Shown: one piece after another, positions 18,826 through 28,963 of the stretch | Layout: each line of letters opens with the position of its first letter | Position numbering within the stretch: the stretch's first letter is position 1 | Assembly: GCA_018263355.1 (NCBI GenBank) | Contig: JAANXH010000054.1 | Location: 2,779 to 66,778 of the forward strand | DNA length: 64,000 nt | Source of the DNA: Candidatus Woesearchaeota archaeon | GTDB lineage: Archaea; Nanobdellota; Nanobdellia; Woesearchaeales; JAGVZT01 | Direction: 5' to 3' | Notes under the pieces: model-generated | Database searches by the model: none | The model's input: only the letters and a program-made list of their open reading frames with translations | Told to the model about the DNA's origin: nothing | Position numbers and translations under genes: made by a program

Positions 18826-19563
18826 ATGGTCAAATATGTATTTTATACAGAAAAAGGAAAAAGATTCTATTCTAAGGATGGAAAAGATATGCATACTCAA
18901 TATGGATACCTAACATCAGAAGATATCAAGAAGGCAAAATTTGGGCAAACATTAGAAACAAACACAGGAAAAAAAATGTCCAAGATAAAACCTAGTTTTA
19001 TGGATGTTTACACTAGGATTAAAAGAGGGGCTCAAATAATTCCACTAAAAGATATTGGGGTTATATTAACAGAAACAGGAATCAACAACAAAAGCAAAAT
19101 TGTGGATGCTGGCGCAGGCTCAGGTGGGCTTGCATGTTTCTTAGCAAACATTGCAAAACAAGTTACAACATATGATATTCGGGAGGATTTTATAAAAATA
19201 GTTGAGAAAAACAAAAAACTTCTAAACTTAAAAAATCTAAGAATAAAGAAGGGAAGCGTTTACGAGAAAATTGATGAGAAAAATATTGACCTAATAACTC
19301 TAGACTTGCCTGAGCCATGGAAAGCAGTAGAAAACGCTTCTAAATCTTTGGAAGTTGGAGGCTATATTATGTCATACTCACCATGTATACCACAGGTTAT
19401 GGACTTTGTAGAAGAAGTTAACAAGCATAATGAGTTATTATTCATAAAAACTATTGAAATAATAGAAAGAAAATGGGATATTAACAAAAGAAAAGTTAGG
19501 CCAAAAACTCAGACCATTGGCCACAGTGGGTTTATGACATTTGTAAGAAAAATAAAAAACTGA
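18826..19563 (+). CDS. trmI: tRNA (adenine-N1)-methyltransferase TrmI/Gcd14-like, SAM-dependent
   Basis: VDAGAGSGGLACFLA SAM motif; architecture typical of TrmI; TGA stop. Confidence 0.7.
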   Translation: MVKYVFYTEKGKRFYSKDGKDMHTQYGYLTSEDIKKAKFGQTLETNTGKKMSKIKPSFMDVYTRIKRGAQIIPLKDIGVILTETGINNKSKIVDAGAGSGGLACFLANIAKQVTTYDIREDFIKIVEKNKKLLNLKNLRIKKGSVYEKIDEKNIDLITLDLPEPWKAVENASKSLEVGGYIMSYSPCIPQVMDFVEEVNKHNELLFIKTIEIIERKWDINKRKVRPKTQTIGHSGFMTFVRKIKN

Positions 19564-19564
19564 A

Positions 19565-20761
19565 TTAACAAACATCTTTCTTAACTATATCTCCTGGCAG
19601 AGTTGATTTGTTAGGCCAGATCTTTCTTCCTGGATAAATCATTGTATTAATTCCAGTATTTACATTATCACCAATACATGCGCCCAACTTGCGCCTGCCA
19701 GAATCAACCTTTTTACCATTAATAATTGTCATGTTGTTTTTACCATCATGTCTATAATCAGCAGTAACTGTTCCATAGGCAATATTGACATTTTCTCCAA
19801 CAACAGAATGACCAAGATACGATTCGTGTTTTGCAGTAACATTATCCATCAAAACAGCATCAATTATTTCAGCTCGTGTTCGTACATTATCCATAATAAT
19901 AGTATCTTTCCTCAAATAAGCATTAGGTCCAATCTCACAATTCTTTCCAATAAAAACAGGACCTTCAATATAAGTTCCAGATTTAATAACAGAACCTTCA
20001 CCTAAAACTAAAACTCCCTTAACAGTAACATTCTTTTCAATATCTCCTTTAATATCTCTTTTTAATTGATTTAGCATAAAAACATTAGCTTCAAGATAAT
20101 TCCACCAATAAGCAATCGGTAACCAATAATGAGCCTCAACCACCTTAACTTTATCTAATAAAGTTACAGCATCAGTCAATTCATACTCTCCTCTTTCTGA
20201 TTTATCAAGTTTTTCAATAACTTTGAAAATTTCTTTATCCAGTATAAAACATCCAATATTTGCAAGATCAGAAACAAATTCTTTTGGTTTTTCAACAATC
20301 TTTTTAAGATAATCTTCTTGTTCAAGCAATAATACTCCGAATTTTGAAGGATTATCTGTTTTCTTTGCAAGCATACCATAATCATGTTCCAATAATTTCT
20401 CAATATCAAGTTTAGAATAAAGATCATCTCCGTTTAGCAATAGAAATTTATTGTCAATAAATTCCTGTGCTGCCAACAGTGCATGAGCAGTACCTCTCTG
20501 CTGTTTTTGTTCAGCATACTTTAATTTAATACCTTTATAGTCTTCTCCAAGATAATCAATTATCTGCTCTTTTTTGTAACCAACAACAATAATAACTTCT
20601 TCAACAATACCTGCAAGCTGATCAAGACTGTGTTCAATTAAAGTCTTATCTAGGATTTTTAATAAAGGTTTTGGGGTTGTAATTGTAATAGGATAAGTTC
20701 TTGTTGACTTTCCAGCTGCTAAGATAACTGCCTGCATTTTAACCAATCTCTTTTTTAACAA
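19565..20761 (-). CDS. glmU: bifunctional sugar-1-phosphate nucleotidyltransferase/acetyltransferase, GlmU-like
   Basis: N-terminal MQAVILAAGKSTR nucleotidyltransferase signature, C-terminal hexapeptide (left-handed beta-helix) repeats; overlaps glmM. Confidence 0.75.
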   Translation of the reverse strand: MLKKRLVKMQAVILAAGKSTRTYPITITTPKPLLKILDKTLIEHSLDQLAGIVEEVIIVVGYKKEQIIDYLGEDYKGIKLKYAEQKQQRGTAHALLAAQEFIDNKFLLLNGDDLYSKLDIEKLLEHDYGMLAKKTDNPSKFGVLLLEQEDYLKKIVEKPKEFVSDLANIGCFILDKEIFKVIEKLDKSERGEYELTDAVTLLDKVKVVEAHYWLPIAYWWNYLEANVFMLNQLKRDIKGDIEKNVTVKGVLVLGEGSVIKSGTYIEGPVFIGKNCEIGPNAYLRKDTIIMDNVRTRAEIIDAVLMDNVTAKHESYLGHSVVGENVNIAYGTVTADYRHDGKNNMTIINGKKVDSGRRKLGACIGDNVNTGINTMIYPGRKIWPNKSTLPGDIVKKDVC

Positions 20762-22088
20762 TATCTGCTAACTCTTTTGCCATATCTGCAATCAATGCTT
20801 TATCTTCACTTTCTATCATTATCCTTAATATATTTTGTGTTCCAGAATATCTGATCAGTGTTCTTCCACTGTCACCTAATTTTGATTCAACACTTTTTAT
20901 TGCTCTATTAAAACCATTAATTTTACTAAAATCAGGTTTAGAATTAACATCTACATTAATTAATTTTTGAGGAAATTTTTTCATACAACTAGATAAATCA
21001 GATAAAGTTCTACCAGATTTTTTCATTATTCTAAGAATTTTTAAACTTGCAATAGTACCATCTCCAGTCATAGAATAATCAAAGAAAATAATATGTCCAG
21101 ACTGCTCACCACCTAAATTATAACCTTTTTTGAGCATCTCATCTATCACATACCTATCTCCATTTTTAACTCTAACAACCCTGCCGCCTGCTTGTTTGAT
21201 TGCTTTATCTAAACCAAGGTTTGAATAACCAGTCACAACTAAACTATCTTTCTTTAGTTCTCCTTTTTTTAGCATATTCAGTGCAGCAATGCACAATATC
21301 TGGTCTCCGTCAACTACTTTTCCATTTTCATCAACCATAATTACCCTGTCAGCATCCCCATCTAATGCTAATCCTAAATCTGCTTTTTCCTCAACAACAA
21401 TCCTACTAATCAATTCTGGATGAGTTGCACCACAGCCTTTGTTAATATTTAATCCATCTGGTTTGTTATTTAGCACCAAAACATTAGCACCAAGTTCTCT
21501 GAGAATTTTTGGGGCAATTTTGTAAGCTGCGCCATTAGCACAATCTAACACAATTTTCATACCTTTAAGTGAAATATTATTAACAGTACTTTTTGCAAAC
21601 TCAATATACCTGCCAAGAGCATCATCAATTCTATAAGCTTTACCAACTTGATTACCATTAACACTATACTCTGTCATATCTGAAAAAAACAGTTTTTCAA
21701 TCTCTTCTTCAACCTCATCAGATAATTTTAAGCCCGCAGCAGAAAAAAACTTAATCCCATTATCCTGGGCAGGATTATGAGAAGCACTAATAACAATTCC
21801 AGCATCAGCAGCAAATGACTTAACTAGATGAGCTACAGCAGGGGTAGGCATTGGACCTACAAGCATTACTTCTCCTCCAACTGAGACTATTCCAGACATC
21901 AAAGCAGTCTCAACCATATAGCCAGACAATCTAGTATCTTTACCAATAATAAATCTTGGTCTTTTCTTTCCATTCTTTAGCACAATTGCTGCAGCCTTAC
22001 CTAACTTAACACAAGCCTCTGGAGTAATAGGATACTTGTTAGCAGTACCTCTTACTCCATCTGTTCCAAAAAGTATTCTTTTGCTCAT
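20739..22088 (-). CDS. glmM: phosphoglucosamine mutase / phosphohexomutase
   Basis: GTDGVRG N-terminus; active-site SASHNPAQDNGIKFF. Confidence 0.85.
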   Translation of the reverse strand: MSKRILFGTDGVRGTANKYPITPEACVKLGKAAAIVLKNGKKRPRFIIGKDTRLSGYMVETALMSGIVSVGGEVMLVGPMPTPAVAHLVKSFAADAGIVISASHNPAQDNGIKFFSAAGLKLSDEVEEEIEKLFFSDMTEYSVNGNQVGKAYRIDDALGRYIEFAKSTVNNISLKGMKIVLDCANGAAYKIAPKILRELGANVLVLNNKPDGLNINKGCGATHPELISRIVVEEKADLGLALDGDADRVIMVDENGKVVDGDQILCIAALNMLKKGELKKDSLVVTGYSNLGLDKAIKQAGGRVVRVKNGDRYVIDEMLKKGYNLGGEQSGHIIFFDYSMTGDGTIASLKILRIMKKSGRTLSDLSSCMKKFPQKLINVDVNSKPDFSKINGFNRAIKSVESKLGDSGRTLIRYSGTQNILRIMIESEDKALIADMAKELADIVKKEIG

Positions 22089-22146
22089 TTAACAGTCACG
22101 CTCTTTGCTAAGCACACTCACTTTGTTCCTAGCTTATCAAAATAAG

Positions 22147-24078
22147 TTACTTCACGGTAACTGATTTTGCTAAGTTTCTGGGTTTGTCAGGATCTTTACC
22201 TAATTTTTTTGCTAGGTAATAAGCAAGCAATTGCATTGGTACAACATTTGCAATAGGTGAAGCATACCCACAGTCAGGAACCTTAATCCATTGATCAAAA
22301 ACTTCATTATCTTTTGGACTTACACCAATAATATGACCTCCTCTTGCTTTAACCTCTGCCGCGCTACTTAAAACAGCCATTTTATGTTCATCCTCTCCCA
22401 CAATAGCAATGCAAGGAGTAGCCTCTTCAATCAATGCAATTACACCATGCTTGAGTTCACCGCATGCAAAACCTTCTGCATGAATATAACTAATTTCTTT
22501 TATTTTCAAAGCTGATTCTAAAGCAATAGGATAATTAACACCCTTGCCAATAACATAAATGTGTTTCTTATTTTTTAGCTGATCTGCAATACGTTCAACA
22601 TTATTTAAAAAATCCTTATTAAGTAATTCTTTAATATTCTCTGCAGTATTTAGGATTAATTTTTTGCCCATTTCTTGCTTTCCTGCTAAAGTATAAGCCA
22701 GCATCAATAAAATTGCAATCTGTGAGGTAAATGCTTTTGTTGAAACAACAGAAATTTCTGGACCAGCATTCATTAGAATAGGATAATCTGAAATTCTGGT
22801 CAAACTTGAACCCATTACATTAACAATACTGGCTACTTTGGAATTATGTTTTTTTGCAGTCTCAACAGCATCTAGTGTGTCAGCAGTCTCACCACTTTGG
22901 CTAACTGCTATAACCAAGCTTTTGTCAGTAAGAAAATGTTGGTGATCAGAAAACTCGGAGCCTACTAAAAAATTAATATGTTTTTTGGCAATCTTAGAAA
23001 AATAATATGTGCCAAGTAATGCAGCATAACTTGCAGTACCGCATCCAATCAAAAAACTTCCATAAGCCTTATCAATAACTTTAGCCAGTTTTTTAACTTT
23101 TATACTATCCTGGACTGCAGAATCTTCTATAGTATCTGGTTGCTGCATTATTTCTTTGATTGTGTAGTTCTCGTAATCTCCCTTCTGTGCCTGCTCAACA
23201 TCCCAGTTAACAATTTCAATATCTTTCCTAATCTCCTTTCCAGTATTATCAAAAAACTCAATATTATTATTGATTTCTACACCTTCATCATTATCCAAAA
23301 AAACAATTTTGTTTGTATGCTCAATAAATGCAGGAATATCTGAAGCAATAAAATGACCCTTATCAGAAACACCAACAACAATTGGTGCACCCTTTCTAAT
23401 AGCAAACAATTTTTCACTAGGTTTATGAAATAACACAATTGCATTTCTTCCTTGAATAATATTACCAAGTTTGATTAAAGCGTTTCTTACCCCTAAAGAG
23501 CTATGCTCTTCAAGAAAATGAGCAATCACTTCTGTATCAGTATCAGATATAAATTTATGTTCTGAAAGTGTTTTTTTAATTTCCTGATAATTTTCAATAA
23601 TCCCATTGTGCACAACAATCATATCTTGGTTACAATCAGTTTGTGGATGAGCATTGTTCATAGTAACAGACCCATGTGTGGCCCATCTTGTGTGCCCTAA
23701 TGCAATATTACTTTTATCAAGTTTAACATCTGGATTAAAATTACTCAAAATGTCCAAGGGTCTAAAGCCCCGCCCTTTAGGGCGAGGACTTTTGAGTCTG
23801 AAAATCTGCGTGTCGAAGTGAAGAGCGTAAAAGCCCCCACCTTCAGGTGGGGGAATCAGTTGCCAGAGCAACTCAGAAACGAAGCAAAGCGAAGTGAGAT
23901 TAGCTCTGAACAGCAGATTCTCTTTACCTATCTTCCCTACTTTCTTGATTAGCTGCAGATCATTATCAAAAGTTGCAATTCCCCAAGAATCATAACCCCT
24001 GTACTCTAATCTTTTCAAACCTTCAATAACAATATCTGTTGCATTACCTTTTCCTTTATATGCTATTATACCACACAT
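22147..24078 (-). CDS. glmS: glutamine--fructose-6-phosphate aminotransferase (GlmS) carrying an about 62-aa in-frame insertion from repeat family A
   Basis: MCGI N-terminal nucleophile, HTRWATHG, two SIS domains, C-terminal KSVTV; insertion between GKIGKENL and LGHTRWATHG. Confidence 0.85.
   Translation of the reverse strand: MCGIIAYKGKGNATDIVIEGLKRLEYRGYDSWGIATFDNDLQLIKKVGKIGKENLLFRANLTSLCFVSELLWQLIPPPEGGGFYALHFDTQIFRLKSPRPKGRGFRPLDILSNFNPDVKLDKSNIALGHTRWATHGSVTMNNAHPQTDCNQDMIVVHNGIIENYQEIKKTLSEHKFISDTDTEVIAHFLEEHSSLGVRNALIKLGNIIQGRNAIVLFHKPSEKLFAIRKGAPIVVGVSDKGHFIASDIPAFIEHTNKIVFLDNDEGVEINNNIEFFDNTGKEIRKDIEIVNWDVEQAQKGDYENYTIKEIMQQPDTIEDSAVQDSIKVKKLAKVIDKAYGSFLIGCGTASYAALLGTYYFSKIAKKHINFLVGSEFSDHQHFLTDKSLVIAVSQSGETADTLDAVETAKKHNSKVASIVNVMGSSLTRISDYPILMNAGPEISVVSTKAFTSQIAILLMLAYTLAGKQEMGKKLILNTAENIKELLNKDFLNNVERIADQLKNKKHIYVIGKGVNYPIALESALKIKEISYIHAEGFACGELKHGVIALIEEATPCIAIVGEDEHKMAVLSSAAEVKARGGHIIGVSPKDNEVFDQWIKVPDCGYASPIANVVPMQLLAYYLAKKLGKDPDKPRNLAKSVTVK
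23741..23927. repeat. structured repeat family A, copy 2, inside glmS coding sequence (reverse orientation to gene, no stop codons in gene frame)
   Basis: ttactcaaaatgtccaagggtctaaagcccc..gagtctgaaaatctgc..gtgaagagcgtaaaagcccccaccttcaggtggggg..ctgaacagcagattctctttac. Confidence 0.7.
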
Positions 24079-24171
24079 AATTCAGTAAAACTCAAAGCTA
24101 TTTATAAGTATAACTAAAATTTTAATAAAACCATTATAAAAATATTTTTAATAGTTCATGTTTAGCAAAAT

Positions 24172-25146
24172 TTAAGTTATAGATTTAATATAAGCCTCAA
24201 TAATAACAAAAAACACATAAAGTAAAATCAAAGATATACCTTCTTTCCAGCTAATCCCTTTTTCAGATTCAGCAAAAGTCATGAAAATAAATGAAATAAG
24301 CACCATAAACAAAGCTCCTGAAAAAAACAGGATAAAATTTGCTTTAATTGGGGATATAAGAGCTGTTACACCCAAAACTAAGGTTGAGTTTGAAATAACA
24401 CTTCCAATCAAGTCACCAATCGCCAGCTCTTCGTGTTTTTCTAAAACAGCTTTTGACTCAAAAATCAATTCAGGAAGACTAGTTCCAAAAGAAACAATAA
24501 ATATTCCCACAAGAATCGGTGGTAAAAATAATTCAATCGAGATTTTAGTCCCAAACTCAACTACAAAATCAGCACTTATCATTAGAACAATAATACTTAT
24601 TACAGCTACAACCAGCCAACGAACAGCTTCAATCTTTTTTACTTCATTCATCTTCTTGCTGAATCTTCTTTCTTGTTTAAGCATCTGCCAAATATACAGG
24701 CCAAAAACCCCAAGAAGAATAACTCCATCTATTCTGCCTAGTTTTTCATCTATCATTAGAAGAATCGGCAATATAACCATTCCAAGCATATAAAAAATAT
24801 CTTTTTTGATCAACTTGCTTTTTATTTTAATACCTCTGGCAAGTAAAGTTACTATTCCAATAACTATTGTAAGATCTAAAATATTAGACCCAATAACATT
24901 ACCTAAAGCTAATGCAGAATTATTTTCAATACCAGAGGTAATACCAACAAACAGCTCAGGAAGAGAAGTAGAGATAGCCATTATAATAAAACCTATTGCA
25001 AACTCATTTAGACCAACAAATGCAGAAATCTTAGATAAAGCTCTAACTAATAAACTGCTGCTTTTTACTAACACAAAACAAGATATTAATAACAATACAA
25101 GATGCAGCACTAACATATTACTTTTCTCCTTTAAATCTATACACAA
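24172..25146 (-). CDS. Na+/Ca2+ exchanger (CaCA) family membrane protein
   Basis: two alpha-repeats GNVIGSNILDL and GTSLPE in separate TM halves. Confidence 0.75.
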   Translation of the reverse strand: MCIDLKEKSNMLVLHLVLLLISCFVLVKSSSLLVRALSKISAFVGLNEFAIGFIIMAISTSLPELFVGITSGIENNSALALGNVIGSNILDLTIVIGIVTLLARGIKIKSKLIKKDIFYMLGMVILPILLMIDEKLGRIDGVILLGVFGLYIWQMLKQERRFSKKMNEVKKIEAVRWLVVAVISIIVLMISADFVVEFGTKISIELFLPPILVGIFIVSFGTSLPELIFESKAVLEKHEELAIGDLIGSVISNSTLVLGVTALISPIKANFILFFSGALFMVLISFIFMTFAESEKGISWKEGISLILLYVFFVIIEAYIKSIT

Positions 25147-25336
25147 ATATTTTTTTGTATACTGTTCCTACTTTTGACATTTTGTTTTTGAATTTTACAA
25201 GGTTAGACTTTCTTAGTCTTCTCAAAGATGCAAGTACTGAGCCCATGGACACATTTAGTTTCTTGGATATCTCTTTAGCATTAAGCCACTTGCCTTTGGA
25301 CTTTTTAAGAAGACTAACTATATCTCTTTGACCCAT
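25118..25336 (-). CDS. small winged-helix DNA-binding protein
   Basis: 72 aa; LNAKEISKKLNVSMGSVLASLRRLRKSNLV HTH-like. Confidence 0.45.
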   Translation of the reverse strand: MGQRDIVSLLKKSKGKWLNAKEISKKLNVSMGSVLASLRRLRKSNLVKFKNKMSKVGTVYKKIFVYRFKGEK

Positions 25337-25378
25337 ACTCCCAAAATATAAAAAACAGTTTATAAATGTTTTGATGGG

Positions 25379-25705
25379 CTACTTTTTTATAAGAATATCT
25401 TCTGCTTTTTCTTTCATCCATTTTCCCAAATCCTTCCTATTAACTGTAATTATTAAGGGTTTATCTTCTTCAATAAGAATCTGATTTTTTGGAGAACGGA
25501 TAACGATTCTATTAAATTCTCGTTGGTAAATATCTTCTGGGATTCCAACATTTAGATCTTTTATGGTTAACCCTCCTGCGCAAACCTTTTTCCCAATTAC
25601 TTTGTTTTTCTCAAAAACTCCAACTTCTTTTCCATTTTTGGCCAGAATTTCTGCACATTTTAACCCAGCAGGCCCGGCTCCGACAATTACAGCATCATAT
25701 TTCAT
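25379..25705 (-). pseudogene. N-terminal fragment (108 aa) of an FAD-dependent oxidoreductase (geranylgeranyl-reductase-like); probable gene remnant
   Basis: MKYDAVIVGAGPAGL dinucleotide-binding motif but only 108 aa versus about 390 expected. Confidence 0.45.
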
Positions 25706-25721
25706 TTCTTTTTTTAGTCTT

Positions 25722-26078
25722 TTATTTATTCCACTTATCGTAAAAATAAAGTAAAGTATGGGAAAATCTGTTTAGGAAAACACTGGCAAATCCCCAAAGA
25801 GGAAATAGCCAGATAGGAATTCCAAGAAAATCTGGGTTAGCATATTGCCAAACACCAACATAGATGCAAATCATCTCTGCTACAGGTCCGCAAACAGCAG
25901 CAACCACAAACAGCATAACATCCTGTTTAGTGTGCCAGATTTGAATGGCAATTCCCCATCCAACTAGCAACATCAATAAAGCATTAACATTATTTTCCCA
26001 GAAAACAACCACCACCAAAACAGCAAATGCAAACAACACTAACTCAAACATCAACTCTCTTTTTAACCTTTTTTCCAT
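25722..26078 (-). CDS. small membrane protein, hypothetical
   Basis: 118 aa, 3-4 hydrophobic helices. Confidence 0.4.
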   Translation of the reverse strand: MEKRLKRELMFELVLFAFAVLVVVVFWENNVNALLMLLVGWGIAIQIWHTKQDVMLFVVAAVCGPVAEMICIYVGVWQYANPDFLGIPIWLFPLWGFASVFLNRFSHTLLYFYDKWNK

Positions 26079-27499
26079 TTTTTTATCAACTCAGCAATCT
26101 TTTTTCCTTCAGCTTTTCCCCTAAACTTCTTCATAGCAATCCCCATCAAAGCTCCCATTGAAAGATCAGGTTTAGACTCCACAATCTTTTTTAATTCCTG
26201 CTCAAGTTTTTTATCAGACATTGTTTCATATTTTGAAATATCTATTTTTTTCCCTTTTGAAACCTCAACAAGAATCTCAAAAACAGCTTCCTCTGCAATT
26301 TTATCTTTATCTAAAGAAGAAAAAAGCTTTTCTAATACTTCTTTTCCATAATTTGGCTCAACATTATATCTTTTCTTGATATCTTTTTGAGAATTAATTA
26401 AGGTAGCAGCAATAAATGTAGGATCAAGATTCTTAAACTTTCTAAACTCTTTAAACATCTTAAGTTTCTTTTCTTTAACAAGTGTTGATGCAATCTCTTT
26501 GCTAATCCCAAGCTCTTTAAGATCTTCAATCTTTTCAGTAATCAGCTTTGGAACCTCAACATTTTTATCAGGTCTAATCGGAGGAATATCTGTTTCAGGA
26601 TACATTCTTGCAGAACCAGGAATAGGTCTTAAAAAAATAGTACTCAAATCATCTTCTGCTTTTCTAACATCCTTGCTAACTTTCTTGCCCTGTTTGATCA
26701 GTCTTTGCTGCCTTTTAATCTCTTTATCAATTATCTTTGGCATAGACTTTAAATCCTGAAAACCCTTAATCTCAACTCTGGCACCTTTTTTAATTGATAA
26801 ATTTACATCTTGTCTAATAGTTCCTAAACCTCTTTTTACTTTAGTTGACCTTAAAATCATTCCTAGCTTTGCTGCAACCTCTTTGGCATGCTCAGGATCT
26901 TTTATAGATGCATCAGTTGCAATCTCAACTAAAGGAATTCCTAATCTAGAAAGATTATAAACATCAAACTTTTTAGTTCTTTTAACAATTTTGGCAGCAT
27001 CTTCTTCAAGACATATCAAATCAATCTTAACTTTGCCTTTTGAAGTCTTAATAAAACCATTTCTTGCAATGAGCGCTGTCCTTTGAAAAGCCGAGGTATT
27101 AGAACCATCAACAATTGTTTTTCTCATAACCTGAATCTCATCAACAATCTCTGCATTTAACAATTTTGCAACAATAAGAGCAACCTTCAATGCTTGTGTA
27201 TTTATTGGATGTGGTGGTTCTTCATCAAGCTCAACTAAACAAGAAGATTCCTTAAAATATTGATATTCAAAATATTTTTTCTTACTCATTTCATGCTTTG
27301 CAGCAATATCCACATCTCCTGTTTCTCCTGCAGCAGCCCACAAATATCTCTTAACAGTCTTGTCAGGCTTTCCATCAACAATATTGCTTGGACATTCACA
27401 AAATAATTTATGAGTGTCAAGCTGCTGATGAATTTCGATCCCACACTTAAATCCTAATTTTTTATAGTCCATTTTAAAATAAGAATGACTTAGCATCAC
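26063..27499 (-). CDS. gatE: Glu-tRNA(Gln) amidotransferase subunit E
   Basis: MDYKKLGFKCGIEIHQQLDTHKLFCECPS N-terminus typical of GatE; adjacent to gatD. Confidence 0.85.
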   Translation of the reverse strand: MMLSHSYFKMDYKKLGFKCGIEIHQQLDTHKLFCECPSNIVDGKPDKTVKRYLWAAAGETGDVDIAAKHEMSKKKYFEYQYFKESSCLVELDEEPPHPINTQALKVALIVAKLLNAEIVDEIQVMRKTIVDGSNTSAFQRTALIARNGFIKTSKGKVKIDLICLEEDAAKIVKRTKKFDVYNLSRLGIPLVEIATDASIKDPEHAKEVAAKLGMILRSTKVKRGLGTIRQDVNLSIKKGARVEIKGFQDLKSMPKIIDKEIKRQQRLIKQGKKVSKDVRKAEDDLSTIFLRPIPGSARMYPETDIPPIRPDKNVEVPKLITEKIEDLKELGISKEIASTLVKEKKLKMFKEFRKFKNLDPTFIAATLINSQKDIKKRYNVEPNYGKEVLEKLFSSLDKDKIAEEAVFEILVEVSKGKKIDISKYETMSDKKLEQELKKIVESKPDLSMGALMGIAMKKFRGKAEGKKIAELIKKWKKG

Positions 27500-28784
27500 T
27501 TCTTTTAGTAATCTCTCCCCTTAGATTTTTAATCATCATCTCTTTTGCTTTTTCACAATCCTTTGTCTGCCCCAAAACCCAGCCTAATTTTACATAAGCA
27601 ACCTCAGGCAGCATATCACTCGGCAGTTTTTCACCATAAATCATACCAGTATCATGAGCAAGTCTTAAATTTCTATAAACAAAAGGATGAATTCTTCCAT
27701 AAAGTGTGGTGGAAGCCATAACCACAACCAAACCCTTATCAATTGCTTTTTTAATATAAGGTATCCATGACATTTTTTTGTTAAATTTACCAGCTTTTGT
27801 ACCAGATTCTCCTGTAGGCACATGTCCTAATGCTGTACCTTCAATAACTAACCCTTTATATCCATTTTTAATATACCAATCAATAATACTGGGATCAGAA
27901 CCAGGAAAGACTTTGACAATAGCAACCTTTTTTTCAAACTTGGTTTTTGCAACCACTTTTTTATCAGATCTTTTATCAAAATTTTCATTAATTATCTTGA
28001 TTTTACCATCAGTCCAAATTTTTGCTAAAGGCAATTCATTAATTGGTCTGAAAGCATCTCTTCTTGAAGTGTGCATCTTCCTGCACTTTGTTCCCCTGAT
28101 AGCATAACAAAACTCATCTGAAGAAGAGCCATGCATCACAATAGCAACTCCTGCAAAATCAGATTTGCAAAAATGTGCTGCACAAATCAAATTCATCTTG
28201 CCATCAAAACTACCTCTGTCAGGAGAGCGCTGAGCACCAACCACTGCTACAGGTTTATTTAAATCTTCAAGCATAAAAGATAACACAGCACTAGTATAAT
28301 GTAATGTGTCAGTTCCGTGAGTTAAAATAACTCCTTGTGCACCAGAGTTTAATTCATCTGCAATTAATTTTGCCAGTTTTTTGTAATTATCAATAGACAT
28401 ATCTTCACTGGCTGTTGTAAAAGGAGATAAAGTTTTGATATTAATTATATTTGCAAGCTTTGGAGTGGTTGCTAAAATCTCTTCAGGAGTCCTGCACATA
28501 AAAACCCCTCCTGTTTTATAATCCACATGTGTTCCAATAGTGCCCCCTGTTGCAATAAAAGTCACTTTAGGAAGGTCTTTTTTTTGTTTTACTTTTTTTG
28601 TTTTAATCTTTCCAATACCTTTCCCAGACTTAATCTTTTTTATTTTAACTACTTTTTTCTTATCAATGCCCATATTATACCCGTTTTTGAGTTTAATCAC
28701 AACAAAACTACCCTGTTGAGGCATGAGAATTCCTTTTATTGTCTCTTTTTTAGTTTTAACCTGAACATGATCTCCTGGTTTCAT
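27474..28784 (-). CDS. gatD: Glu-tRNA(Gln) amidotransferase subunit D (asparaginase-like)
   Basis: N-terminal MKPGDHVQVK..; asparaginase domain GGTIG..VILTHGTDTLHYTSAVLSFML. Confidence 0.85.
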   Translation of the reverse strand: MKPGDHVQVKTKKETIKGILMPQQGSFVVIKLKNGYNMGIDKKKVVKIKKIKSGKGIGKIKTKKVKQKKDLPKVTFIATGGTIGTHVDYKTGGVFMCRTPEEILATTPKLANIINIKTLSPFTTASEDMSIDNYKKLAKLIADELNSGAQGVILTHGTDTLHYTSAVLSFMLEDLNKPVAVVGAQRSPDRGSFDGKMNLICAAHFCKSDFAGVAIVMHGSSSDEFCYAIRGTKCRKMHTSRRDAFRPINELPLAKIWTDGKIKIINENFDKRSDKKVVAKTKFEKKVAIVKVFPGSDPSIIDWYIKNGYKGLVIEGTALGHVPTGESGTKAGKFNKKMSWIPYIKKAIDKGLVVVMASTTLYGRIHPFVYRNLRLAHDTGMIYGEKLPSDMLPEVAYVKLGWVLGQTKDCEKAKEMMIKNLRGEITKRSDAKSFLF

Positions 28785-28832
28785 ACATAACCTATCTTTT
28801 AAAACTTATATAAATTTTACTATAAAGGCCAA

Positions 28833-28952
28833 TTTCAACTACTATGTGTTAGCATAATGCATGATTTAAGTGAAGGAGACAATCAGTTAAAAGTCAGGTT
28901 TTAACTCTTGCTTTAGCAAGTATGAAACGAGTAGTTTCTTTAGAGAACTTTG
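28833..28952. repeat. partial or rearranged copy of repeat family E in gatDE leader
   Basis: tcaactactatgtgttagc..tgatttaagtgaaggagacaa and tttagagaactttg match the two ends of the E element. Confidence 0.4.
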
Positions 28953-28963
28953 AAATACCCATT

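Noticed and set aside
24281-25177. Plus-strand ORFs antisense to the CaCA exchanger gene
   Set aside because: Low-complexity translations; the minus-strand frame carries the conserved alpha-repeat motifs.
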